64,000 nucleotides of DNA from Desulfatiglandales bacterium (GCA_963662465.1 OY759599.1:8064001-8128000), one strand, 5' to 3'; counted from the stretch's first letter, positions 31,245 through 40,756 are shown. Program-made: numbers and translations. Notes: generated by a model not told the origin, from the letters alone.

Positions 31245-32141
31245 ATGGTCGATCAGATAGAAATTTCCAGTTTTGATTTACGATATGAGGATTGCCGTTT
31301 GAAATCAGCAGGGACGGAAAGAGCCCTTTTGACCTCTGTGTCGGAAAACGGTATCCGGGATCCGCTCCAAGGGGTGGACATTGAAGACCACAAAATTTTG
31401 CTCGATGGCTTCAAAAGATACCGGTGCGCAAAGAAATTGCATATCGAGATTGTGCCTTATCGGTCGATGGGGCGCGATGAGGCGAGTGGCATCATTGATC
31501 TGATCCGGTTATCAAACACAAAATCCCTTAACATTCTGGAGCAGGCCCGTTTAATCGATGAACTGAAGCGAGGTCACCAGATGAGTCATTCAGATATCGC
31601 CGGACTGCTTGAAAAAAGCAAATCCTGGGTCAGCATGCGTTGCGGCATTATGGGTGAGATGAGTGAAACCGTGAAGAAAGAAGTTTTTGCCGGAAAATTT
31701 CCGGTCTATTCATTTATGTATACTCTGCGGGGGTTCATACGTATGAACACCGTTAAAAAAAGTGAAATTGATGAATTTGTTCGGTCCGTGTCAGGCAAAA
31801 AGCTGAGCATACGGGATATTGATCTGTTGGCAAATGGCTATTTCAAGGGTTCGGAGGAATTCCGGGAACAAATCAGAACCGGCAATCTTTCCTGGGGACT
31901 TGAGCGATTAAAACATCATAGCGCAATAAGCGATGGTCTGAGTAAGCGGGAAAAAACCCATTTGAAAACCCTCGAAACCATCTTGAGATACATACAGCGA
32001 TTTATGGCGCAACAAAATGTTTCCTCCATGAGCAACGCATTTGCAGCCCAGGCCAACATGTTGTCGGGCGATATTATACAACTTTTTGATGCTTTTAAAA
32101 TAGCAATGGAAGCCTTTCATGATACCACCGAACAAACGTAA
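31245..32141 (+). CDS. ParB N-terminal domain protein
   Basis: SVSENGIRDPL, LLDGFKRY, HTH SHSDIAGLLEKSKSWVS. Confidence 0.82.
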   Translation: MVDQIEISSFDLRYEDCRLKSAGTERALLTSVSENGIRDPLQGVDIEDHKILLDGFKRYRCAKKLHIEIVPYRSMGRDEASGIIDLIRLSNTKSLNILEQARLIDELKRGHQMSHSDIAGLLEKSKSWVSMRCGIMGEMSETVKKEVFAGKFPVYSFMYTLRGFIRMNTVKKSEIDEFVRSVSGKKLSIRDIDLLANGYFKGSEEFREQIRTGNLSWGLERLKHHSAISDGLSKREKTHLKTLETILRYIQRFMAQQNVSSMSNAFAAQANMLSGDIIQLFDAFKIAMEAFHDTTEQT

Positions 32142-33603
32142 AGCGATTTTCCTGCTGCATCAGGAGGGCATGGGCGTACGGGAGATCGCTCGCAGCATAC
32201 ACATCAGTCCCACCACCGTAATGGAAATTATTGGCCAAAAGGGCGAGATGCCTGAAATCATACGTAAAGATAAAATCAAGATTGATTCGGCGCTTTTGGC
32301 AAATCTTTATGAAACATGTCAGGGCCGTGCGCAAAGAGTGTATGAAAAACTGACCGAAGAAGAAGGGATTGATGTTGCCTATTCAACCTTGACTCGAATG
32401 CTCCGGGAACAGGGTTTGAGCCATAAAAAATCCGACCGGTGTCAACAGGTTCCGGACGTGCCCGGAGCTGAGATGCAGCATGACACGTCGCCTTATCGTA
32501 TAAAACTGGGCAAAGAAATAGTGTTGGTCCAAGGGAGTCTTTTATATTTTCGGTATTGCAAAATTCGCTATCTGAAATTCTATCGTTCATTCAACCGGTT
32601 TCAAATGAAATGCTTTTTTCATGAAGCCCTTATGTACTGGCAATACGCGGCAGCGAACTGCATCATCGATAATACGAATCTGGCCCGTTTACGGGGCACC
32701 GGCAAAGATGTCGTCATCGTTCCTGAAATGGAACGGTTCGCCAAACAGTACAGTTTCAAATTTGTATGCCATGAAATAGGGCATGCAAACCGAAAAGCAG
32801 GCAATGAGCGGGGTTTTTATACAGTGGAAACCAACTTTTTTCCAGGCCGTTCTTTTGAAAACCTTGAAGACATGAATTACCAGTCTTACATATGGGCGAC
32901 TGATCGATCGGCCAACAGGCCCACCGGAAAGACGCGGCTGATCCCCTCCGTGGCTTTTGAATCTGAAAAACCATATCTCAGAAAAATGCCGCCATATGTC
33001 GAACCGCCCTACCTTGTTCATAAAAGAAAGATCGATCAGTACGGCTACGCCGCGGTTAATGGGAATTACTATTGGATTCCGGGAACGCGACGTCATGACG
33101 TCAAAGTCCTGCAATATGCCGATTATTTAGATATTTATCACCAAAGAAAATTCTTGGGACGCTATGTTTTGCCGCCTGACGGCGTCAGGAATGACGTCAT
33201 CACTCCCGAGGGGGTAACAAAACCTTCTCACAAACCCTCGCAACGAAAAAAGCCAACGGCGCGGGAAGAAAACATCCTGCGATCAGATAAGGCCATTAAT
33301 GATTATTTGAATTTCGCTTTACCCAAAAGTGGTAAGGCCAGGCATCACTTCATTCGAGCGCTTTTCAGCCTATATCGAAAAACCGCTCCTACGGTTTTTA
33401 TAAAAACGCTACAACGAGCCTTGAAATATCGCATTAAGGACATCAAAGTCATTGAAAACATAGTTGTTTTGATTTTAAGAGACGCTAGTATCGAATTGGG
33501 GACACCTGAAATTGAACCGGATTTCACGAAAAGGGATGCCTATATCGAGGGCTGTTTTACCGATGAGCCGGATCTTTCCATTTATGAGGATGAAAATGAA
33601 TGA
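32119..33603 (+). CDS. istA: IS21 transposase
   Basis: N-terminal HTH, PGAEMQHD, IDN, KAGNER, NGNYYWIP. Confidence 0.9.
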   Translation: MIPPNKRKAIFLLHQEGMGVREIARSIHISPTTVMEIIGQKGEMPEIIRKDKIKIDSALLANLYETCQGRAQRVYEKLTEEEGIDVAYSTLTRMLREQGLSHKKSDRCQQVPDVPGAEMQHDTSPYRIKLGKEIVLVQGSLLYFRYCKIRYLKFYRSFNRFQMKCFFHEALMYWQYAAANCIIDNTNLARLRGTGKDVVIVPEMERFAKQYSFKFVCHEIGHANRKAGNERGFYTVETNFFPGRSFENLEDMNYQSYIWATDRSANRPTGKTRLIPSVAFESEKPYLRKMPPYVEPPYLVHKRKIDQYGYAAVNGNYYWIPGTRRHDVKVLQYADYLDIYHQRKFLGRYVLPPDGVRNDVITPEGVTKPSHKPSQRKKPTAREENILRSDKAINDYLNFALPKSGKARHHFIRALFSLYRKTAPTVFIKTLQRALKYRIKDIKVIENIVVLILRDASIELGTPEIEPDFTKRDAYIEGCFTDEPDLSIYEDENE

Positions 33604-34342
33604 TGAGTTGATAAAGATGCTGAAATACCTTCGGCTCAATGTGTTGATTGAAAACTGGGATCGGTATCTCAAAATCGGCGCAAAAGGGGATTATTCCCAT
33701 GCGCGGCTGTTGGAATATGTTGTTTCCGAGCAATATCAAATTAAAAAGGAAAACGCCCGCAAGATGAGAGTCAAACGAGCCGGTATTCCAGAAAAATTTG
33801 TTTTGGAGACCTTTCCTTTCAAGCGCCAGCTTAATCTCAATAAAAAGAGAATCGAATCCATATACGACGGTTTTGATTACATGACCAAATCCCGCAATAT
33901 CATCTTCATTGGACCGACGGGCACGGGAAAAAGCGGGCTGGCCACGGCGTTTCTGATCCACGCTATCAACCAGGGCTACAACGGGCTGTTTATCACTTTC
34001 CCTGAACTGGTGGAACGTCTTTACCAATCGATGGCGGATAATACTCAGGCAAAGACCATCAAGAAGCTGTTATCCTATGATTGTTTGCTGATTGATGAGC
34101 TTGGTTATATTCAAATAGAATCGGTTCAAGTGGGTCTATTTTTTAATCTAATGCAAAAAAGACATAAAAACAAAACGACCCTCATTACATCCAACCTCGG
34201 ATTCGAAAAATGGAATTCCTTTCTTAAGAACAAGCATCTCACAGCCGCCCTGATCGATCGACTGACTGAAAGCAGTCATATCATCAATATGAAAAACTGC
34301 ATAAGCTTAAGGCAGAGGCTTGATGAGGTTCCGGAGACATGA
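33596..34342 (+). CDS. istB: IS21 helper ATPase
   Basis: GPTGTGKS, LLIDELGY, ITSN, ALIDRL. Confidence 0.93.
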   Translation: MNDELIKMLKYLRLNVLIENWDRYLKIGAKGDYSHARLLEYVVSEQYQIKKENARKMRVKRAGIPEKFVLETFPFKRQLNLNKKRIESIYDGFDYMTKSRNIIFIGPTGTGKSGLATAFLIHAINQGYNGLFITFPELVERLYQSMADNTQAKTIKKLLSYDCLLIDELGYIQIESVQVGLFFNLMQKRHKNKTTLITSNLGFEKWNSFLKNKHLTAALIDRLTESSHIINMKNCISLRQRLDEVPET

Positions 34343-34833
34343 CAAAACTTTTTTCGGCAAAGGAGCTTTACAGCGTGAGAAATGACATCCCGATTTCCGG
34401 TCTGATTGAAAACGTGCTGAATATACCGGCTCGCACAACTGAAGGGGTTTTCAGATTTCTTTGTCCTGTATGCGGGGAATTTAACACGGCGGTTAATCCA
34501 AAAACCAATCTGGCCAGATGTTTCTACTGTAAAAAAAACTTCAACACCATTGATCTGGTGATGATTGTCAAAAAGGCAAATTTTGTAGAAGCCGTCCACT
34601 TTCTGAAAGCACATAAAAATAGATGTCAAAGTCATTGTGTTTCCAAAAAATCGGAAGATCACACTCAATCTCCCCAGCATATTGCCGACATTGTAAAATC
34701 AATCATGCCCGCCAAACCGGATTCTGACCATCCAGAATCCATTGAAAGCATATCGAAGCGGGTTTTATGCATCGAGAAGATGCTTGAGCAAATGACCCAT
34801 CAAATGGAAATTATAGTAAAAACAATCACATAA
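34339..34833 (+). CDS. CHC2/primase-type zinc-finger protein
   Basis: FLCPVCGE..ARCFYC..NTIDLV. Confidence 0.75.
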   Translation: MTKLFSAKELYSVRNDIPISGLIENVLNIPARTTEGVFRFLCPVCGEFNTAVNPKTNLARCFYCKKNFNTIDLVMIVKKANFVEAVHFLKAHKNRCQSHCVSKKSEDHTQSPQHIADIVKSIMPAKPDSDHPESIESISKRVLCIEKMLEQMTHQMEIIVKTIT

Positions 34834-34914
34834 CTCATTTCCTGGAATTTCATGCGAAAATAGGGTGTTCTGTTTTGATAGTCGTGTAACGCTAATCAAA
34901 TTTTGGAGGTGGAA

Positions 34915-35112
34915 ATGCGAGGCGGAAAGCGTGCTGGAGCCGGTCGAAAAAAGAAGCCGGATCACTTGAGACGTGAGTTGGTGACAATTCGACTACCGAG
35001 GTGGATGATTACACAGCTTAAAAACAATGGTGAAATTGGCTATTTGATTGAGGATCTACTGGCAAAAAAGGGTTCCCTGAATCCACCTGATGATTATGAT
35101 TTCAATAGCTGA
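34915..35112 (+). CDS. Small DNA-binding protein
   Basis: RGGKRAGAGRK then RHH-like VTIRLP; GGAGG RBS. Confidence 0.65.
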   Translation: MRGGKRAGAGRKKKPDHLRRELVTIRLPRWMITQLKNNGEIGYLIEDLLAKKGSLNPPDDYDFNS

Positions 35113-35539
35113 AATCGACGGACCCATTCATCTCTTTTCTACGATTTGATTGAAAACGCCTTCCAACCGACATCTGAAATAGCCCCAGGTTGTATCCAAC
35201 ACTGAAGTCCCCCACAAGTCAGCGTGTTTGTCCATAGCTTAGCACGGCTTTTCGGATCGAACCTGTCGCAAATATCCAGGTCAAATTTCGATACGGCCTG
35301 CTGGTTTGTAGTCGTTTGCTCAGCCGTTCCGGCATCAATCTCCTTCTCCAACTTAAGCCATTTTTCCGCTGCGGGGTAGCAGCAAAGGCGGGGTTCTATT
35401 CAATTCTTGGGGCGGGGTGAGCATAGCTGCAGGGTAGTCGTGCGAACGAACGTATCAGTTTTCATGAGCAGAAGTGTATCAGTTTATCTGAGCGCCATAG
35501 CCTTTGCTCTAAACCTCATACACACACGATAAACACAGC

Positions 35540-35556
35540 ATATATTTAAACTTTCC
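35540..35556 (-). promoter_or_regulatory. Archaeal-type BRE-TATA promoter GGAAAGTTTAAATA
   Basis: About 25 nt upstream of the ATG of the IS-split gene, no RBS. Confidence 0.65.
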
Positions 35557-35839
35557 TAACTCCTTTTAAGTGGTTAATAAACTCTACGCCATTTTACGTA
35601 GAGTGTTTTTGCAACATGTTATAAAAAACTATCAAAAAGTATGATTTTTGCCGGAAAATGGACTCTACGGAATTATCACGTAGAGTCCTATTTTGGCCTA
35701 TTTGTTGCCTCTGAAAAATAACTCTACGGTCAAAACACGTAGAGTGGTTTTTATGCATTTACCGTGTTTAACTTAACTACTACTCTACGTATTTTCTACT
35801 AGTAGTTAGTCTACGTTACATAGATATATATTATATAAT

Positions 35840-37366
35840 ACTTGAGTTTTCGAAAAAAAGTAATGGACACGGTAGGAACACTGTGAGAAAATACCTTGGT
35901 GTAGTGTTGTCATTTGCTATAATACCAGGGGAAACTCATGCAAATTCCGTGTGCCAGACGGCTTCCATTTCTTGTTTCTGGGTTGGCATTTCTACAACCG
36001 GCCTTGACGAACGCCCAATTCTACAATCTAACGCTGGTTGCAACAGCTTTGGTTTTGGGCGCAAAATTCAGTCTTTCAGCAATCAATCGCATGTGGCTTG
36101 AAGAAAAATGCGTGAGCACCTTATCGTATTTCTTCTCAGATGCTAAATTCTGCACAGCTGAAATGCAACATCTTTATGCTTTACAAATCATGCATTTATA
36201 CAAACTTCAAAGTGGCTATTACTGTATCGATGACACCATGAAACACCACACAAATTTCTGTAAATGGATCCACGGTGTCTTTGTTTTATTCGATCATGCG
36301 CTCAAGACAAACCTCAAAGCGACCTGTATCGTAGTCCTTTATTACAGCAATGGTGGAATAATCAAATTTCCCATTGCTCATCGAATCTATTACCAGGATA
36401 GCAATAAGATGCCTTGGCAGAAAGGGAAAAAGCATATTTGCAAACCGAAATACGAATTGGCAATTGATATGCTTCAATGGGCTATCGACAGGGGTTTTCC
36501 CAGAGGCATCGTCCTTGCTGACTCCTGGTTCGGGAGCGGTCCATTTGTAAAAGGCCTTAAAGGCTTGAAGTTGAGTTATGTTATTGAAATAAAGTCAACT
36601 TTAACCGTAAGAATCCCATGCAAAGAGCCTAAACTCACCCCCAAGGGTAAGATATCTAAGAAGCAGCATGACCTTATCAAATTGCCCAATGTTTTTCAGT
36701 CTACATCATCCTTCAGCACATGCGGTTTTGCCGCCAATATGGGCATTGGCAAAAAGGAAAAAGTCCTGTATCATACCAAAGTTATCACGGGGAACCTGAA
36801 CTCTATTGCCGGAAAACATAGGATTGTTCAAAGTGTTGACCCAACCAAACAAACCACCAAATATCTTCTCACCAATGAACTCACCTGGGAGGCCACCAAG
36901 ATTATTTCCGCTTATAGCAACAGATGGGTTATCGAGGAATTTTTCAGGAATGCGAAGCAGTTAACCGATATGGAGGGAGCCACTATTAGGAGCGAGCAAG
37001 GCGTGACATTAGCGTTATGCCTGGTGTCCTGGATTGACTCCCTCCTCCATCTGGAAAACTATAAGCAAAGCACTGCTGGAAAATTGCCAAAGGAGCCATT
37101 AACGGTTCCTTCGATAGTCCGTTTGGCTCAATACGATAATCTTGAAACTTTTCTGGATCGACTTCAAAAGGAAGATGGGCTTCTCAAAAAGTGGTGTGAT
37201 GTTGAACAAAAAGGTTTGGTCAGAAAGCGGAAGAAATCTAAAGAGTTGATAAAGCTACAAGATTTCTCTGAAGACCGTTCCCGGAAACAATTATCAAAGG
37301 CTGCATAAAGCAAATATTGCGCCAAAAGATCAAATTGTCAAAGAACTATTTTTCGAAAACTCAAGT
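35840..37366 (+). mobile_element. IS701-like (IS4 superfamily) insertion sequence, target duplication ATAAT
   Basis: IRs ACTTGAGTTTTCGAAAAA / TTTTTCGAAAACTCAAGT; ATAAT on both flanks. Confidence 0.88.
35938..37308 (+). CDS. DDE transposase, IS701-like
   Basis: CIDDT, LADSWFG, RWVIEEFFRNAKQ. Confidence 0.88.
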   Translation: MQIPCARRLPFLVSGLAFLQPALTNAQFYNLTLVATALVLGAKFSLSAINRMWLEEKCVSTLSYFFSDAKFCTAEMQHLYALQIMHLYKLQSGYYCIDDTMKHHTNFCKWIHGVFVLFDHALKTNLKATCIVVLYYSNGGIIKFPIAHRIYYQDSNKMPWQKGKKHICKPKYELAIDMLQWAIDRGFPRGIVLADSWFGSGPFVKGLKGLKLSYVIEIKSTLTVRIPCKEPKLTPKGKISKKQHDLIKLPNVFQSTSSFSTCGFAANMGIGKKEKVLYHTKVITGNLNSIAGKHRIVQSVDPTKQTTKYLLTNELTWEATKIISAYSNRWVIEEFFRNAKQLTDMEGATIRSEQGVTLALCLVSWIDSLLHLENYKQSTAGKLPKEPLTVPSIVRLAQYDNLETFLDRLQKEDGLLKKWCDVEQKGLVRKRKKSKELIKLQDFSEDRSRKQLSKAA

Positions 37367-37474
37367 ATAATATACTCTACGGAATTATCGCGTAGAGTTA
37401 AATCCTTATTTTTTGATGAAAATGTCAAAATCCACCAAAAAGTATATATACTCAAGTATGTATGAATAAAAAAT

Positions 37475-38686
37475 ATGGCAGAAATTGATATCCTTGCACC
37501 TTTCCGAAACATCAGCCCAGGCCAATTCATATCCAGATATTCTGATTGGATTCTTTTTATACTCCTGATCTTCTTTTTTTGGTCCGTTATCACAATCTCA
37601 CTCAAAAAACGCTTTGGTGATTCAAAGGCATTTAGAATCCTAGCAACCTCTACAGCCCTATTATTATCAGTTAGTACATACTATATGATTTACAAAGGCA
37701 AACTTAACATATCTCTAGAAGGGCTTGGTATGTTTGGAGCCATGCTCGTCCTGATTGTGATATTTTTCATTCTTTTTGCTCTACAAAGAAACTTTAATAT
37801 GAAAACTAAACTTTCTCTTCCATTGGGATTTGTCCTGTTTTATTTGTCGCTAGTTAGACTAACACCTAACATCATGAATGATATCCAAAATGCATTTCCA
37901 TTTGCAAAAGCAATTATGGTAGGACTATTTTTATTTTCATTATATAGGGTGATAGTCGAGTTCATAAAACATTCAAAAGGAGATTTGAAGTTAGAAGCAC
38001 AAAAAATAGAAAATATTCGAATCCCACCAAAAGATGTGCCAGAGATCAACCATGAGCTGAAGGATGACAAGAAGGAAAGAAATCTGCTGAAAGGCAAAAC
38101 CTTGAAACTTACAAAGATGGAAATCAATACTGTTGATGATATAGAAAACCTACTAGGCCACCTAATTAAATTGATTAAGGAGAAAGGCAAAAATATCAGT
38201 CAGGATGAAGCCTTGCAGATCTCCAACTATCTTAGGCAATTGTCTAACAAAGAAAATATTCTCATCAGAAGTATGCCTATTTTGAAAAGGCAGGCAGAAA
38301 TCTTCAAATCAAAACATAGAAAAGATATCAATGAACTCCAAAAGCGATACCAGGAAGCCAAGGATAATCCTAAACAACAGGAAATAATAAAAGAAGAAAT
38401 CTCATTCCAAAAGCGAATGATTGAAGTGCTGGACTTCATCGAAACCTATGAAAATAGAATCGTAGAATTCACACAATCACTCAACCAAACAATCTCTAAG
38501 TCTATGATTAAGCTCAGAAGTATTTACCCTCATGAATGCGTGGAATATCTGGAATCTGCCAGAAAATCGATTGAAGGCATGAAACATATTTTCAAAAAAC
38601 AAAAAGAGCTTGAGAAATATGTCCTCTCGCTGAACAAGAAAACAATTAAGGATCTGAAGAAAGAAAAAAAGGCAGATCAATCTTAA
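37475..38686 (+). CDS. Membrane protein: about 5 N-terminal TM helices and a long coiled coil
   Basis: Hydrophobic N-terminus, K/E-rich C-terminus; preceded by CAAAAAGTATATATA (BRE-TATA-like). Confidence 0.75.
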   Translation: MAEIDILAPFRNISPGQFISRYSDWILFILLIFFFWSVITISLKKRFGDSKAFRILATSTALLLSVSTYYMIYKGKLNISLEGLGMFGAMLVLIVIFFILFALQRNFNMKTKLSLPLGFVLFYLSLVRLTPNIMNDIQNAFPFAKAIMVGLFLFSLYRVIVEFIKHSKGDLKLEAQKIENIRIPPKDVPEINHELKDDKKERNLLKGKTLKLTKMEINTVDDIENLLGHLIKLIKEKGKNISQDEALQISNYLRQLSNKENILIRSMPILKRQAEIFKSKHRKDINELQKRYQEAKDNPKQQEIIKEEISFQKRMIEVLDFIETYENRIVEFTQSLNQTISKSMIKLRSIYPHECVEYLESARKSIEGMKHIFKKQKELEKYVLSLNKKTIKDLKKEKKADQS

Positions 38687-39342
38687 AATTAGAACAACGC
38701 TCAACGATTAATCTTTTGCCTTCTGATTTGGCACGCCAGACATCTGTTTGACTCAATGCATTGTTAAGAAGGAAGTTTCTTTGTAGAAATTGGTTTCGTG
38801 CTTTCAATTTTAGTCACCTCAAATTGCCAAAATAGGCATTATAGTTTTTACCGAAAGAAGGGTTTAAATTGCTCACCTTTTTTCTATTCTCATCCTCAAT
38901 AACGAGGCAAATATTTCCGTTCTGAATCCTATATTTGTCGATTACTTTGCCATCAATTGTCTGCAATGAATTCATATAACCCATTCTTGTCGAAGCCTTT
39001 AGTTGTTTGGGAAATACTGGAAGCTTTTAAATCTTTCGGTTTAGGGTGAGCAGCCTTGGATTTTCGAGGTATGGTTACAAAATGTGATTTCTTGTCTATG
39101 TATTTAAGCGATTATCAGCTGAAAGGGAAGCAGCATTGGAATATCTTTCGCAGAACTACCCTCACCTGCCCGCCAATGCCTTTCTGGGCGTAATGGTTCA
39201 GACAGCTTAAATGGCAAAAAAGTGATCCAGCATCATAGATTGTGTATAATGGCGATGGCAGGCGGAGATGGTAAAAGAAGTGCAAAAGATCCTGGCCCGA
39301 TCGGAAACCGAGGTTTTATCCTGAAATTTTATCGTTTTTTCC

Positions 39343-39371
39343 TTGACAATATTTTTGGCCCCGCTTATAAG
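39343..39371 (+). promoter_or_regulatory. Sigma70-like promoter
   Basis: TTGACA-17-TATAAG. Confidence 0.65.
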
Positions 39372-39426
39372 ACCGTTCTATGTAAAACGTTTCGATCAGG
39401 CATTCATCCTTCTGGCATAGAATAAA

Positions 39427-39987
39427 ATGGAACTCTCGGAAAAATCTTTTCAGATATTAGATGCCCTCGACACGCATGAAGTCGTCAGCCAACGTCAGCT
39501 GGCTAAACACTCCGGTGTAAGCCTTGCCCAGGTCAATTATCTCCTCAAGAGGCTTTTAGAAAAAGGCCTTGTGAAGGTAAAAAACTTCCAAAAGAAACCC
39601 AATAAATCAAGCTATCTCTATCTCTTAACACCAAAAGGCCTGGAAGCCAAATCTCAGGTGGCCGTCCGATTTATAAAATCCAGACTGAAAGAATACAACC
39701 ATCTCAAAGACTCATTGACCAAAAAGTTGACCTCCATTGAAAGAACGGCCCCCGTCAGGGTTATTTTTGTTGGACCTCTTATGGTGAAAGACTTTGTGGA
39801 TTCCGTAATAAAAGAGAACGGTCTGAAGCTTATTGTAGTTGGTCACTATAACCAATGGAAGGATCTGAAAGAAACCGAACCGGAATCGTTCGATGTCGCG
39901 CTATTGTTCGACGGTAATAAAGAAGGCATAAAGAAGATCAGTAATCACCTGAATATTCCCAAGGATAAATTGGCCGTCTTGTGGTGA
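39427..39987 (+). CDS. MarR-family EPS-associated transcriptional regulator
   Basis: SQRQLAKHSGVSLAQVNY, YLYLLTPKGLEAK. Confidence 0.88.
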   Translation: MELSEKSFQILDALDTHEVVSQRQLAKHSGVSLAQVNYLLKRLLEKGLVKVKNFQKKPNKSSYLYLLTPKGLEAKSQVAVRFIKSRLKEYNHLKDSLTKKLTSIERTAPVRVIFVGPLMVKDFVDSVIKENGLKLIVVGHYNQWKDLKETEPESFDVALLFDGNKEGIKKISNHLNIPKDKLAVLW

Positions 39988-40080
39988 GGTTTTGCACAAA
40001 ATAGTGCAAACTCTGCGGTGAAAAAAACGCTATTGAACAACTTATTAAACAAAATGTACAGGTTACAGCAAATCATCCAG

Positions 40081-40103
40081 CGTAACCCAAGGGGCGGAGC
40101 TGT
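40081..40103 (+). promoter_or_regulatory. ops/JUMPStart-like element CGTAACCCAAGGGGCGGAGCTGT (also 26318, 40316, 52615)
   Basis: Four co-oriented copies; three follow marR-EPS genes. Confidence 0.5.
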
Positions 40104-40450
40104 ATCAACATCTTTTGCCCCCTCCAGAGGATTGAAGTTCATCTCGTCTATGCTTACTGAATAAAACAGCAGAACTTCAACCCAAAACCCAAAACTCAAA
40201 ACCCAAAACCGCTGTTCCAATGCCCAAAACCAAAAACTCAAAACCGCTGTTCCAATGCCAAAAACCCAAAACCCCTAACTCAAAACTCAAAACCCAAAAC
40301 CCAAAACCGCTTTTTCGTAATCCAAAGAGCGGAGCTATGTGCGAAGTATCTTAAGAACCATGATCTTACTGCCCCCTGCCCCCTGACAACTGCACCCTTT
40401 AACAACGACAATAAGGAAAGCCTGACCCCCTTACACGCGCCCCACCTGAA

Positions 40451-40756
40451 TTGACCCAGGAACAGGAACACCAACGCGAGCAGATTCTAGCGCGACTTCA
40501 AGAGGTGGCAGCAATGCTGAAAAGCCGCTTTGGTGTTCGACGAGTTATTTTATTTGGCTCGCTTGCCCGAAAGCTCTCGTTTACTCCTGGTTCAGATGTG
40601 GATATAGCCGTTGAAGGACTGAACACGAAAAAATATTGGCAGGCTTGGAAGTTGGCTGAGGAGATGATCGGAGATCGCCCAGTGGACTTTGTCCAAATTG
40701 AGACAGCGAAAGAGTCTCTCAAGCGAGCGGTTCAACGCTATGGAATAGACCTATGA
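40451..40756 (+). CDS. Minimal nucleotidyltransferase (MNT antitoxin), 5' end possibly lost
   Basis: LFGSLAR..SDVDIAV..VD. Confidence 0.85.
   Translation: MTQEQEHQREQILARLQEVAAMLKSRFGVRRVILFGSLARKLSFTPGSDVDIAVEGLNTKKYWQAWKLAEEMIGDRPVDFVQIETAKESLKRAVQRYGIDL

Larger units (their letters stand above)
30473..35500 (+). mobile_element. IS21-family element with accessory genes; 7-bp target duplication CCTTTGC
   Basis: Terminal IRs CTATrGCGCTCAGATAAACTGrTACA, internal repeats at both ends, CCTTTGC at 30466-30472 and 35501-35507. Confidence 0.93.
30284..35519 (-). pseudogene. Small AbrB-like gene split by the IS21 element
   Basis: Removing 30473-35500 and one CCTTTGC restores MRFRAKAIKAGKDRHGNTRKFISVPPMYNDVVEIGSIVTVDIPDD..*. 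Confidence 0.7.
35581..37398. repeat. Five ACTCTACG-N8/9-CGTAGAGT palindromes (35581, 35662, 35721, 35782 degenerate, 37374)
   Basis: Read directly; the last copy is displaced by the IS701-like insertion. Confidence 0.88.

Noticed and set aside
35581..37398. CRISPR array suggested by about 25-bp repeats at about 60-bp spacing
   Set aside because: Repeat centres vary while only the arms are conserved, spacing is irregular at the first unit, and no cas genes are in the window.
39240..39275. GGCGGAGATGGT as a possible attR of the tmRNA island
   Set aside because: Only a short, imperfect, inverted resemblance to the ssrA 3' end.
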